A stretch of DNA of 58,154 nt, counting the filler, from Basidiobolus ranarum (Eukaryota): assembly GCA_040143965.1 (NCBI GenBank). It is 2 parts of 2 records of this genome, joined end to end, with 100 filler letters (N's around TTAATTAATTAA, not from the genome) between each part and the next. Parts side by side here need not be neighbours in the genome. Positions count along the whole stretch, not along the records: positions 1 to 29,054 come from JASJQH010006983.1; 1 more part is not named here. The stretch is one strand, 5' to 3'. The notes beneath the pieces were generated by a model that ran no database searches, was not told where the DNA came from, and worked only from the letters and a program-made list of their open reading frames with translations. Numbering within the stretch: position 1 is the stretch's first letter; the number at the start of each line of letters is the position of its first letter. A program made the translations under genes and the position numbers. Positions 9,168 through 23,100 of the stretch are shown one piece after another.

Positions 9168-11503
9168 ATGGAAGTAAAGAGTACCTTCACTGACGATGAG
9201 AATAATCCTACAATTAATTCAGTCGTTGAGGCACACTTACAGCACAAGTCCAATGAAGCAAACATGACACACACAACTTTAAGTACAATACTTCGAACAC
9301 CTGACATATGTGCCAAAAAACGTCGGAATAGTTTTGATACGAATGCTCAGATTGTATCTCTTCAAACTCCGAGCGAACTAACCAGCAAAACACCAAAAAG
9401 ACCGAAATTCCATTTGGACTCTGCTCGCAAAGATGGGGAACTACTCTCTCCAGTTGCTCGTCCAATGAGTTTTGACCTGGCCAAATGGGTCAAAACTTAT
9501 CGAAAGGCTTTCCCTTCTTTTTCTTTTTACTTTGACCATGTCGACGAAACATTGCAGAAATCATTTGCAAGTAAGATCAGAATATTAGGCGGGGTACGAT
9601 TTTTTTGTTGACGATAATCCAATGTACCATGACTAAACCAACTGCCACTTTTGTTTATCTAGGGTGTTGAGCCTTTCTTCTCATCCAAAGTGACCCATCT
9701 CATCACCACCAGGCCTATTTCTCCTCCAGAGACAAGACCTAACAATGTAATGTCGACAGTTGCCTCACCTCGCCAGCTTCGTGAGTCACCCAAAGCACTA
9801 CCCAACATGTCAGGTCAAAATATTTTGCTTAGTTTATCTAAAGATGGTCCCAAATCAACACGGACTACCAATTGCCCCGAGCGTCAGAGTGAGCAAGCAA
9901 TTCAGGAGGCTGGGAATGCAAGACCCTTGTTACCTTCATTGACGAATGCAATGATGTCTCCAATATCAATGTTAGTTTTTAGATAATTTTACAGTTATAA
10001 CATGTGCGTGATACTGATGTGACAACGATTCTTCAGGGTTCGAAAAAGTCAACAGGCTATGATGCATACCCCCGGCAAGGTATGATGCTAACGGATTCAA
10101 CGATATTTAAGATGCACTTTACTAAATCAACGTTTTTATTTCTATTCACAGGTAAATCAACCCGTATTCGGGACTCCGAGTACGAAAGCCAACACTATTA
10201 CCAAAGCTCGTCAATGGGGAATGAAAGTGTGGAGTGTAGAAAGTATCCTTTTTCTTAATTGAATAGAAGAGCCGAAAAAATTTATCTTATTTCAAACATC
10301 GTTAATACCTTAACACAACTAATGTAGAGCTAACCAATATATTGAAACATTTGTTAAATACCCCGTTCTCAACTCCAATACAGGCCAACCGAAATCTTGG
10401 GGATGTTTTGCGAGATGAGAAGGTCTACGGGCTAAGTACACACCATAGTGATACAAACGGCGGTGCTTCAGATATTCATACATTTAGGCAAGTTTATCTC
10501 CTAGTTGAAGACACTTCAGGAACGTATAAGCCTGTAATGGTTGGTGAGTTCATTCCTCCTACTGATGGACGGGATCCTCCTTGGCCTAAGATTCATCGTA
10601 ACTCTGAGGGACGTTGTCCCTTTATACGCTATGAAGATCCCATAGGCTCTCCTTCAAACCCTCTTCATATGATTACACCCAAGCGAGGTATTCCCAACAA
10701 GATCAATTCCAATGCTTCTGGTCTGGTGAATTCTGTAACTTCCGCATATGCCTCGTCGACTAGAAAGAGTAGAGTAATAAATTGCGTACCACCTAAAGAA
10801 ATAGAAAAATTAGGAAGGAGAGTATTAACGCCCAGTAGGAGTGTCGAAAGAGCCGGTATATCGAGTCAGAAAGCAACTGACTCTTCAAAGAAAATGGGAT
10901 CCGTACGAATCAATCCTACTCGTAAACCCGGCTACTGTGAGAACTGTAGACTCAAGTTTGAAGACTTGGAGGAGGTATGCATAAGGCACACTATGTTTCT
11001 ATTCAGCCTATATTAAAGTATTAGTTTATTTGTAGCATGTTCACTCGCGTACTCATCGTAAGTTCGTATCAAATTCTGAACACTACGCTGAATTAGATGC
11101 CTTATTGTCTGGAGTTCAGAGGCTGCCGATTCCAGTGGCAGTCGAGCCCACTTACAAAAGCGCTACCAAAGTCTACAATCTTCGGAGCTCAAGCGCCATC
11201 GGGTTGACTGAGCCCAAATTCTCCTCTAATAATAACACTCGCATAACTATACTCAATCCCATAGAATGTGGGTCTATTATTGCGGGATTTGATGAATCAA
11301 CGTCTGCTACTACAGTCCAAGACCGTTGTAGCTATCCCACTTCTCCTGAATACGGCTGTATTCCCAAATTCAATAGACGCTCTTCTTTACCATTTAATCT
11401 AGTTAATTTGGAGAGTGAGCAAACCCCCACACGACAACGACGAACCCGCCCGAATATAAATCTCGATTTGGTAACACCTTATCCATCGTATTTTAAAAAC
11501 TAA
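9168..11503 (+). CDS. DBF4: Dbf4/Dfp1 regulatory subunit of Cdc7 (DDK), 6 exons
   Basis: Motif N (FSFYFD...LGG/VEPFFSSKVTHLITTR...KARQWGMKVWSVEKL), motif M (YLLVEDTSGTYKPVMV...WP), zinc finger KPGYCENC...H...H. Introns 9594-9662, 9971-10036, 10080-10151, 10243-10327, 10975-11035 keep frame. Confidence 0.92.
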
Positions 11504-12127
11504 TGTGAACTCTCTCTTCTCCCTTCCCCCTGCCCCCTCTCATTTGTACAGTAGTTTATTGCATTCGTGATTGTATGAAATCAGAAAACCCTCTGAAAAA
11601 AAGTGTACCCAGAATGGATAATCCATTGATCTTCTTTTTGTAATATAGTATTCTATGACACCCCTCACTATTCCTCGGAGACTAGTCTGCACATTTTCTT
11701 CAAGAATAAATACCTAGAGAAGCGCTGATATGCTGTCTTTTTCTTCGTTTGACAGTCGAAGCACTAATTCTATACTATGTTCTCAACCTATATTACGTTT
11801 GTTCTCCGACACTAGGTTAGTAGAGATATCGAGGTTGAGTTGAACAGTTTTCTTTTAGTCATGAAGGTGGTTGTTGAATTAAAAAGTACCAAAATATACA
11901 CACATACATGGATATTGCGTCAATGTGAATTGAAAATAGAAGAGACGATTGTAAAGGCGGGAAATTTCGAATTCTCTTTGCTTACAGTTGGATAAAGTTA
12001 CATGAGTTTGGCTTAGCCATATGGTAACATGTAGCCACCAAAAGTGATGCGAAGATAATAAATAAAAAGTATCGTTTGTAGATATTCTGGGGTATATTGA
12101 CTAGGCGATTAGATTCAGAGGTATGTA

Positions 12128-13822
12128 CTAGGTATCTTGAATATATTCGGAGGGATAATGTAGATCTTCCACACCCACTTCGAAGACAGTTTGCATTCCG
12201 AGCATCATGTGTGCTGTGACATGACAATGGAATATCCAAACCCCAGGGTTATCTGCGATGAACCGGAAGGCACGCCATCCGCAGGGAGTCCCTGGCGGAT
12301 ACCTTAAGTTCTTGTCATCACGTTCTGGGTAAACAGATATCACATCTCTAAGTAGGTGTTGCGAGGTATTTCCAACTAGGGCAGATAGCTCTTGAGGGGA
12401 GTAACGACCATTTCCACCTCCCAAATCGAAGAACGAATGACCATGCAAGTGGAAGGGATGTGGGTCGCAACGACCTGTCGTCGTGGCAGTGTTTTGGATA
12501 ACAACCTGAATGACTTCATTCAGTTTTACTGGGATGGTTTTTCTAACAATATCATAACCGTCTGGTCGATTAATCGTTGGATAGTTTGGATATCTAGACC
12601 TTTTGCTGTTGTATAGGTCGATAAGAATGGGCGACATCGGCTCTTCGAAGGTAATATCATTCATGTACATCCGAATGGAGCCATCATTGATTTTACGTTG
12701 AGCGGTAGTCAAAAGAATTTCGCGATCATAGTAGCCAGGAAAGTCAGGGTGATTCAACTGACTAGGGAGAATCTCTTTTGCTAGCATCTTGAACTTATTG
12801 AATTCCCAAAATGGTGTGCCCAATGGAATCAGTGGGATTTTTTCAGGTGGTGGCCGGATGTTCGTTGCTAAGCCTGCAGCGCCTTCGTAATGCAGAATAG
12901 AAAGACCGTTTTCAGGGGTTGCTATGCGGAATTTAGCATTAGCTTTCATATAATAGTTGTCAATTGGCTGATTTGCTACAACTAGAACGGAATATCTCTG
13001 GCCCGCGTTTATTTCCAAGTGGTCCAATTGAACCGGCTCTACGTAAAATCCATCTACTTCGATTACAGTCATAGTATGGTGCGGTATAACGAAGGATAAA
13101 TACGTAGACAGCATTGCACCGATTATTCGAAATCTATATGTACGGCCTGGCTTGACATTGATGATATCATAACCACAGCTAGACGCCTTTCGGCAGCGTA
13201 GATCCCCTTCCGCGCAACGCCAATTTTCAAACGTCTTACCATTTGTGAGGATAGCCTGGGGGTCTCCTATCCAACGAAACGAGGTAGAGAGCAGCCCAGA
13301 GATGATATCATTGTCCTCTCGGTGGTAGAAATCACTCAGTAAGACAATTCTCTCCTCATCATACTGATATGGCGGTTGGTCATTTTTGTCTTCAATTACC
13401 AGAGCACCGAAGGCCGTCATTCCATGCACAGACGTATGCGCATGATAGAAATAGGTTCCGACCTGGTTAGTCAGATGTATTTCATGTCGAAAGTTGTTCC
13501 CAGGATCAATTGGATATTGCGTGATATACGGGACTCCGTCAGACTGTGGCGTTCCAGTCTGAAGTATTCCATGGAAATGAATCGTCACTACTTCAGAGGC
13601 CATACTGTTGTGAACGTTAATTATCAAAGTGTCTCCGGTGTGTGCACGTAGGGTAGGGCCTGGAGAGCCGCCATTAATTAAGACCATGAGGCGCTCATAG
13701 CAGTCGGGTGTGCGATAGCCTTGGCTAATGGTCAGATTATACTCTACTAACTGAGCGTGAACCAGTAACAGACTCGAAGCTAGTATTGTCAGGAAAAGCG
13801 TTTTCATTAAATACAGTCTCAT
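12128..13822 (-). CDS. Secreted three-domain multicopper oxidase (ascorbate oxidase/laccase-like), intronless
   Basis: Signal peptide; Cu motifs HFHG, YHAH, HPFHLHGH and HCHVTAHMMLGM (axial Met). No C-terminal TM helix, so not Fet3-type. Confidence 0.93.
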   Translation of the reverse strand: MRLYLMKTLFLTILASSLLLVHAQLVEYNLTISQGYRTPDCYERLMVLINGGSPGPTLRAHTGDTLIINVHNSMASEVVTIHFHGILQTGTPQSDGVPYITQYPIDPGNNFRHEIHLTNQVGTYFYHAHTSVHGMTAFGALVIEDKNDQPPYQYDEERIVLLSDFYHREDNDIISGLLSTSFRWIGDPQAILTNGKTFENWRCAEGDLRCRKASSCGYDIINVKPGRTYRFRIIGAMLSTYLSFVIPHHTMTVIEVDGFYVEPVQLDHLEINAGQRYSVLVVANQPIDNYYMKANAKFRIATPENGLSILHYEGAAGLATNIRPPPEKIPLIPLGTPFWEFNKFKMLAKEILPSQLNHPDFPGYYDREILLTTAQRKINDGSIRMYMNDITFEEPMSPILIDLYNSKRSRYPNYPTINRPDGYDIVRKTIPVKLNEVIQVVIQNTATTTGRCDPHPFHLHGHSFFDLGGGNGRYSPQELSALVGNTSQHLLRDVISVYPERDDKNLRYPPGTPCGWRAFRFIADNPGVWIFHCHVTAHMMLGMQTVFEVGVEDLHYPSEYIQDT

Positions 13823-14621
13823 AATGCCCTCTAGTATGCACAGAGCATCAAATTGGATATAAATCTACTAGGGAGGATACGATGAACTACCAACAAATGA
13901 GAAATTCAAAAAGAGACGAATACCTTAAATATCTCAGCTGAGGATCGAGTAGCTAAGTTCCACGAGTGTGCAATGCAGTTTCCACAGTATCCAACATACT
14001 ACTGGTTTCATTTGAACATGTGCTTCCAGGCGGTAGTATTGCCTTGGGAAGTCACCGTCGCCATGGCAAAAGCAGCCTATAGCAGCCACTGGATTGATCG
14101 GATTCCTCTAGTATTATGTACGATGAAAATCACCGGCTAATAACACGTTTGTTGATCCATGTGCATCATCTACAGCATCAGTCGTTTCTGGGGAAGGACT
14201 TTAGGACCCAGTGTTCAACACCAATGGAAACCGATCAATACTTGGCTCACAAAAAGAATCCAAATGTCTTGATATTTGATTTAACGTTTTTATAATACAA
14301 TATGTAGTTGCAAAATGAAAGTCATACGAAAACAACAAAAATTGAACATAAATATTCAAAAAGAGGATCATAAAGGCGCAAGGGGAAGAAATTAGCGAAG
14401 CTCGTAAGAGATTACTTCTCCGTCCAGTTCTTCTGGCTTGCACATAATTGTGGAGTGTGGTTGTGTGGTAGAGTACTAGTGCAGGAGAGGGGAGGAAGGT
14501 ATGTTTACATAGCATGAAAGGACTAAAGCCTCAAAATGAAAGATTTAAAGAATGCTTTTCGACGGAAGAAGTGTTGGCTCGAATATCAAGAATTAGCGGT
14601 GCTCGTAAGCAAGGCAATATT

Positions 14622-16147
14622 TCATGAGATAAATGGCTTCTTTTTGCTTGCATACGTCGTAAGATCACTATCAGAAATATTTGGTGAGTCAGAATTCCTA
14701 TTTTTTGTAGTTAAATCAACAAACATACCTAACTATGCTTTTCCAAGGGACATTCACGAAAGTCATACAACACTTCAAACTGACCGGATTCTGCAGCTGC
14801 CTTTCAAGTGACGAAGTTGAAGAGAGTCTTTTTATAGATTGAATTACATTGGCTGGTGAGAATGGGCTTGTATTTTTGCGACTATTCTGCGAGATAGAGC
14901 TTGTGACTCCAGTTGATTCTTTATCTTCATGAACAGAGGCAGTAATAGCCACCTGAATATAGAGATTGAGAGGTAAACAAACGATGAATACTTCAGTAAC
15001 CTATCAGCAAATAAACAGAATCCATACCTGGGCGTGACCTTTAGCACCTGGGCCTCTCATCATTATGTATTCAGTTGGAGGGATAGAGGGGCCCAGTACA
15101 AATCTACTTTTGATCTTATTTGAAGCTTTCTGGCGATAAAGATCCAACAACGCAGAATAGGAAGCAGCTCCCTGAAAAAGGGTAATTTTGTTATCTGAAG
15201 ACGATTTTTTCCCAAATTGATTTTCTTCATCAGAACTTTCTTCTAGAGTCTCATCTTCTTCATCAGATAAGTTGACTGCTAGTTCAACACACAAGTACTC
15301 CCCTTCCTTGACTACTAATTGCTCAAACATATATTCATAATCTTCAACCACGTAATAGATTAATGGATATGAGCACTCCCAACGTGAATCCTTAGAATCC
15401 ATGCGTGACTTAGAGGGTAGCGCGTAAACACGCTTACTAACATGTTTCCAAGTACAGGTCATACTAGTTTTAAGACCAGGAGTGGCAGTATCGTCAGTGT
15501 TGCGCTTGCAGACCGCAACAGTTAATTTACAGGGCAACTAGGATGAAAACATTCAAAAAGTACTCGATACGATGATGAGATTTTAAGTTGTTCTGACAAA
15601 TACCTACCTGGACAATCAGATTCAAAAAAAAGGTTTCTTTCCACAAGACGGCATCCTCGAGTTGAGGCATAGGATTGGGAGGTGGCATTTTTCTTTTTAC
15701 GAAAACTGGGTCTAGTCCACGATTAGTTGAATGCCGTTGTCGAACAAAAAAGAGCAAATCATCATTAAGTGCATCGGACTTTTCTAGGAAAAATTCAACA
15801 AACAAATCTGACCACCTTTTGAAAGAAAAAGGACGTTGAGGATGTTCAGTTAGCCAAAGAATTTAGAAGAGAACTCGCATTTGAGCTAATTTATGAATAA
15901 ATAAATCCAGGAACCACACTCATTTATCAATTAAAAGCTTAAATAACCAGTTTCTATTTAACGAGTTCATAATGAGAAACAATGAACTTTTCCCATACCT
16001 TGGGTCCTTGCAATCTGAGTTGGTCTCATCGACATCAGTAGACAGCAAAGAGCTACAAGAAGCATGACGACGAAGGGCAGCTGAGGAGTGAGTGGTGAGA
16101 TTCTCCTCTATAAGTCGATTCAATATTTGAAGAAGATTGGTTGCCAT
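14622..16147 (-). CDS. KIAA0930 / DUF2045 family protein, 5 exons
   Basis: WSDLFVEFFL, DDLLFFVR, WKETFFLNLIVQ, VSKRVYALPSKSRMDSK, SYPLIYYVVEDYE, TLFQGAASY, MRGPGAKGHAQVAI, MTFVNVPWKSI. Introns about 15816-15998, 15537-15607, 14953-15027, 14668-14728. Confidence 0.85.
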
Positions 16148-17128
16148 AATGAATTATGGATTTCCCAACGTTGAACCAAGTACAACGTGTTCTCTTACAA
16201 AAGATATAGTATCGTTTCCACCTTTGAAAGCTCTTTATTCGACCAGCTTTATAGTTAAGATAGAACTATTATCTATAATGTTGGTGAAAAGAGTCTTTAA
16301 AAGCAGTAGTAACTGAATCGTAGTTTTAAGGTTTGGGAGGGGAGTAATGCTAAGGAAACTGAATCCAAAATTAGTAGTTTCTTATAGTCATTAATTTCGA
16401 AATTACCATTAATACCATTACTAATATATACATATATTGCCAGCTTATAACAAAAAGTAAACAGTATCATTTGTGCTTTAGATCCCTGTATGCATGAACT
16501 ATTACGAAATCTTCAGTATAGTTAAAAATGAGCAGATATTTTATTACTGGTCCCGGGTATGCTATCCTGAGGTGACCATAGTCGATGATAATGACTTGTG
16601 CATACATAATATATCGAAATGTCTCATGTAAATGTATGTACAGTACACGAACAGTTTCTTATGAAATCATTAGCCAGAAAACCCAACTGTTTCTGGCGAT
16701 AAAATTCGAGTGTTTTAAAACACACTAAGCTATCCTGTCTAACAAAATTACCGAATATATGTGATTATATGTGATTGTACTCTTTTAATACAATTAGTGT
16801 ATTGATTTCATTGGCATTGCACTTGATAGCATTTATATGTGATTCCAATTTGAGGTTACACTTCGGCAATATCGTTAATATCATTCTATCTTACTCACAT
16901 CAAAGTGAATCCCAAATATTACTTTCCACTGGTGTAAAGAAAAGTACACAAATACAGGAGACGACCTGTGCTATACATTTCGAGATTAAAAACCACATAG
17001 TACTGATTATCTAATTACGACAGTGATACTTGATAGTATTTTCTTTGGGTGACATAAACTACTAGATTTCTATGTCACAATTTCTTTAATATTATTACTC
17101 TGTCTTTCACATATGAACTTTTATTTCA

Positions 17129-20100
17129 ATGGACGTGCACCAACAACACTCCTCAATACTTAATTCGCTCCTTGACACTCATAATCCCTCTGATTTTTCA
17201 ATATCTTTAGAGGATGTTTACCGCTTAGTAATCATCATCTCCAAGTTTCATCTTGATTGTTTACATTCTGAAGACGCGCTGGGCGCTACACTTACTGAAG
17301 AATCAGCCTCATACGAGGATGTTCCAGAAGACTTTGATCACAACCCCTTCGATGTTTCTCAAGATGAAAGAGTTCCAACGATAACCTTGAGTTACATATC
17401 GTCAAAAGACGAAGAAACTTGTTGGAGTTTACAAAAAATATACTCTCTTAGTCACTCTGAATCTGAGAGAGCCCTATATACTGCCCTCTTAACCATATTG
17501 GAGTGTACCGATTCAGAGAGAGGCTGGAGGAGCTATCTTCAGTCTTGGGATATATCCAATCGACCCACTGTTGTAACGAAGAAATTCGCTGCGATAAAGG
17601 AAAGCAAAATTACCACTCTATTCGTCGAGTGCCTTTTGAGGCTAATTCTAGGATTCCATAAAGTTAGCAATAATAACAGTCTGAAACAAGAGCAATATCA
17701 GATCCAAAGAGTTGGTGTTAGCATTCTTGGTAGTTTGATTTGGGAACGAATAGTTGATTCTTCGTTGGCTCAAGTGGTTAATTTACTTGGTTCGTTAACT
17801 GAATTGCTTGGATGGCCACAACTTTTACCTCGTACAGACCTTGGAACAGCTGTGCCTCATACAGAATTCCAAGAATCAATCCCCGAGGCTGGTGTACTTG
17901 GTTCAGAATTCTATCTACAAACCTTGGTTTGGCGAGTGATTCAACTGCTAGATGCCACCAGTTACCATTATCAACATCTGCCATGTCGAGTTACAACGTC
18001 AAGAAACATCTCACACCTGTTTTTGTGGACAGCTAACTATGCTCAATATTTTCCTCGGGAAGATCTTAGTTACAGTTACTACCATTCAACATCATCCCCA
18101 GATCAGAGTCGCACTAAAACTGGTGGCAGTTTTGCTTCGGCCATTCTCACTACAGATTTTAAGGATACGGATTATACAGAGTACCGGGATACACCACCTC
18201 AGCAACACTCATTTAATCTTTTGGAAGAGACTTCTTTGTCGGATATCCCCGATGTTCGCACTAAAGAGCTTGATATACTTTTCGAAATTGCGTTTATGTG
18301 TTGTATGGTATCCGAAAAGGAGTTCAATCAGGAATTCGAACAAGGGGACGAAAAAGATTCGCCTTCACATCAAGAAAGCGTTCCTTCTTTTTTCAATCTC
18401 TTGGATTCGACAATACAAGTATTATTTTCGGAGTTATCTAAGGCCGCAACTTTGCCCCCAGAATGGGATGAGATTTTTCATATGCTCAGCCGTACATTAA
18501 TTAATGATTGTTCCGAGAGTATGCACTCATCTAGAAATGATATTCTAAGTCAAGAGACGCGGCAGAAGTTACAGATGAAAATGGCCAGCAAGTCTATCCT
18601 GCCACGAATTCAGTACTATATGCTTGAGTTTTTTACTCGTATTATCGATTACAAAGAGGGTCTGGAGAACGCAGTGTTTCGAAGAAGATTATGGTGCATG
18701 CGTTTACTGAGCGAAACTCGTTTTTGGGATGTACTTTTTTCCGATTTCTTCTTTATGTGGGGAGAAAACATCGAGAAAGGACGTGTTGAAGGTGTATCGT
18801 TGAAAAAAGTGCGCAGTTCTTTCAAGATGGTAATACTACGCTTTGTTATCTATACGAGCACTTTGGAATCTTTCAATAATCAGAACCAATGCTCTCAACT
18901 TCTCACCATTCTTCACACAAGTCGCCAAAGAAATGCACAATTTACAATTGATGTATTAAAAGCTCTCGTAGCTATAATCTTGTTAAAACGACATGTTACT
19001 CAAGAATCTTTGCGGCAACTACACTGTTTGTCTGAGTTTCTTCCATTACTCCACGAGGCCATGGAGGATCAACAGGGGATGTCATTTGTGGAGGTCGTCG
19101 ATAGTAGCTTTACAGCACATGATCATAACCAGACATTATGGTTGCTTGTAAGTATTTTGGATTCATTAATCATAGGTCATCGAGAGATGACAATCTTACT
19201 CTACAGAGAACCTCACTGTTTGGAATTATTCGAGCAATTATTATGGAGTGACAATCAAATCATCTCACAATTTGCCATATCGCACTTGGCGAATATGCTA
19301 GCTGTAGTTCCACTAGAACTTACAGAGTGTGCTGGTGATGTTGTCAGAGAGTATTTTCGATTGTTTCCGGAGGAGATATCCACCACGTCTACGTTTGACG
19401 TCCAGATCAATCTACTCAAAGGGTTGAGATCTTCGTTCGATTTATATTCAGGTACAACCAGTTGCAATTATCGCTGCGAGCGTAAAATGCTCCGAAAGAT
19501 CTTTTTAGAGGAGAGATGCCTTGAATACATTCTGGACGTCCTGGATATGCCTTTGGAGTTACCTTTCATGAATACCACTAAACTTGTGAGTTATCGAAGT
19601 GCTTTGTGTCTAGAAGTGATTTATACGCTTACGGCTGTTTTATGGGAGTTTGATGAAGCGAAGAGACTTCTCCGACGCATCAATGGGTATCACAAAATTA
19701 CGAGGCATCTTATCGGACTGGACGCAAAACTCACCATTGAACTTTTTGATGGACTTTTCGGAATGCTTGTTGATCTTGAGACGTGGTCACCGGAAAAGGC
19801 CTTCAACATAGAAAACAAGGATGTCATTTCTTTACTTATTGGTGTACATCCAATCATGGATTTACAAATGCAATTGTTGATGTTGAACCGATTCATTGAA
19901 TTGATTGACTACAATGATCTTAACAAATGGGTTCTTTGCCAATCGTCGGTCCTCTCCAAACTCCTCAAGAACAACAGCTCGATGGAATCAGTAGATTATG
20001 TGACCAAGCTGGTGTATATGCTAGAGTCCATTTCTTCTTATTCCATAAACATCTCCAATATCAAGTTTATCCTAAACACATTGTGTTACGAAAACCAGGA

Positions 20101-23100
20101 AGTCTCGGAGGAGTGCAAGCGTAGTCGAGATGTTTTGCGACCTTACCATGGCCCTCTGCTTAAAATGATCCTTTCTTTGGCACAAAAAGATACCAATCTA
20201 GATTTCTTTCTCTTCAAAGGAATGTCCTCTGGAATATCGGTTCCTAATATCGGTAGAATTCATTCCGGAGGCTATACATTTTTCACATGGATTTGTATAC
20301 AACCAGCATTACGTATAGGTTCTAGTTGCGAACCTCACCGCGGCTATCACGATGGAAGTGAAAAATATTGTCCTCGAGTATATTCATTTGTTACTTCGAA
20401 AGGTAACGGAGTAGAAGTGTTTTTTAACGGAAATACTTTAGAGCTACATGTCTCCAAAGAAAGCTTGAGAAGAAAGGTAGTAGTCCCTACACCCAAATTT
20501 ATTCATAATCGTTGGCATTTTATTGCTATAAGCCACTTCCCAGTTCGAAGACGTTTAAGTAGTCAATCCGAAGTGAACATATATGTGGACGGGCTTCTTA
20601 GCTGTAAGTCTCAGATTGACTTTGCTTTACCAGGAACAGAAGTTTCAAAATGTATTATTGGTGGAATGGTCAATCCAGTCCTGGGAGAGTGTACTCGGGG
20701 AAGCATATGTGGAAACACTCAAGGTGCTTTTACCCAATGTTTTAGAGGGAAAATGTCAGCAATATACCTGGTGGAAGAACCATTGACAGCGCAGCAAATC
20801 AAGGGTATATACTCTCTTGGTCGAAATTTATCGACTCAATTTCGCCCGGAAGAACTCAACGAGCATCCAAAGGCACCCTCTTCGTTGTTTGATGGAAATA
20901 TAGCTTCTCGCATATTAGTAAACTTGCACCCTAGAGCATCTAAGCATCATAATTGTATCAACTTGGCTCCTCGACTAGCGCAAAGCACAACACAACAAGC
21001 AATTATCCTAGTGAATGTAGAAAAATGTTCCACAATAAGTCTCCAGAGTGCTCTTCACGCTTTGGGTGGAATCGAGATTTTCTTTCCTCTAATATTACGT
21101 TGCGATGTTTTAGATGCCTCCACCTATTCTGCTCCGTTTGGTTCTCAGGATGAGTTTTTCATAAGAAATGGGCCCATCGACTCCTTCTTTGCATTGATTG
21201 CATCACTGCTACGTAACAATAAGAGAAACCAAGAATCTATTTTGAAAGCTAGAGGGATCAAGACGATAAGCCTTCTGTTGCAGCAAATTGATCCTCGACA
21301 TTTATCTATCTCTGCATTCCAGAGCATGATTACGCTTATTAATTCAGTTCCAGACAACAAAGAGTTAATTGACCGAATTTACAAGCATTTGATATTTGAG
21401 TTTCGACTTTGGGTCTACACTTCGTATGAGACTCAGACTTATATTCTTGGATATCTACTTAGCTTTATCATGTCTCACACCAAAATGTGTCGAGAAGAGT
21501 TAGGGGTTAACTTCTTTTTTGACACATTAAGAGTGTATTACTGGTATTCCCCCGGAGATTACTCATGCTCTCCCAAGCACCCTTGTACAGCCGAAGTTCG
21601 ACCCTCGATGGAAATCATCGCGGATCTTAGAAAACAAATCTTCAAGATAATCGAGTACTTCGTGAAAGATAACATTACAATGGACGAGTTTATAGGCTTG
21701 ATCAAGAGCCTGCTTACTGGCGACGACACCAAACATGTTCAAGAGCTGTTTGAATTGATGCTACGCTTACTTGAAGGTCCTCCGGGAGTTAGCGTTGTTG
21801 ATTATTTGATTTCTTATGGAGGCTATGAAATTTTGATTGAGCTTCTCAAACACGAAGATTCCATTGTTAAAATACACTGTCTTAAAGTGATCATTTTTCT
21901 GATTACTTCTCCTGATATCCCTGAGAGGTGGAAACGGAAACTCAAGCTTGAAGATACGTACTGTGGTACCCTTGGAAGTTTAGTTGGTAACACACCTCTC
22001 GATCATGAGTTGTATGAGGCCCTACTAGAGTTTTGCGTTGAATCAGATAAAAAAGTGCACATAGCTTCTTCGAAATCTTTAAGTAATATCAAGGCACAAA
22101 ATCCACGAGTATTTGCATGCATTCTGATGATGCTTAGTCATGAAGAAACAGACGACTCACTCAAAGTTCAAGTTCTTCGAGAACTAGTGCAACTTGTGGA
22201 AATATCACCGAAGTTTTGTCTCGATTTTGATAGAACTTGTTCAGACTGGACTACTCTACTTGTTAGGCTCATACCTTACGACTCATGTAGTAAGACAGAC
22301 AAACTCGATTATGATATAGCAACAGCCATCGGAGCCTTGGCTATAGACCTTCTGATTCGTATTGCTTGGCATTTGTTTGATAGTAATCGTTATGCATTCA
22401 ATGTTGTGAAAGACTCTGCGATTTATTTATGGACCTCTTATAGAAGCGATCATGTTGAGGTGATCCGTAGTCTTTTGTTTAAGGTTTTGGTTTTAATTAG
22501 AAGCGATGTCCAAAATGAACTGCCGAAAATCTCACAAATCAAAATGGTAAGGTTCAGCACAGCATCACCTATTTGACGAGACCGCTCTAACTGAATTTAT
22601 GTAGAATAACATAACTTCACTTCTTTGCTTTATCGAAGATTACTTGTTTAACTTCATCAATCTCGACGATGTTGTACCTAAACAAAATCCCCTCTATAAT
22701 TGGACGACACCGTGCTCTTCTGTTACCACTTTGAACAGTATATTTATTTATTTATATATTCCTTTATGCTCGAATTTATCCTCACAGTGAAATTCATCAC
22801 TTTTAGTAACTGGACCTGATTCTGTTCTTGTTCCTGCGGAAATCCCAGAGCCGTTGATGCTTAAGGCCACTGTGAACCCTTGGGAAGAGTGCTATGATTT
22901 AGCTGACATTTACTGCCAAGTTATTGTATACTTCGATACCATATCCTTCCCAAGGGCAAGTCCTCGCGATTTTTCTGGCATGGTTTGTACTAGCAATGAC
23001 GATTGAGATTATGCAGCATTGGTTTTGATCAAACTTTTTCTCTAGAAACCTGGAGGACTTTGCTCTATGGCCTTAAGAATCCTACTGTGCTCTTTCTACA

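Noticed and set aside
22956-22961. Possible GC-AG donor (AGG/GCAAGT) in the BEACH gene
   Set aside because: An in-phase GT donor at 22983 gives a typical 63-nt intron; cannot prefer GC without reads.
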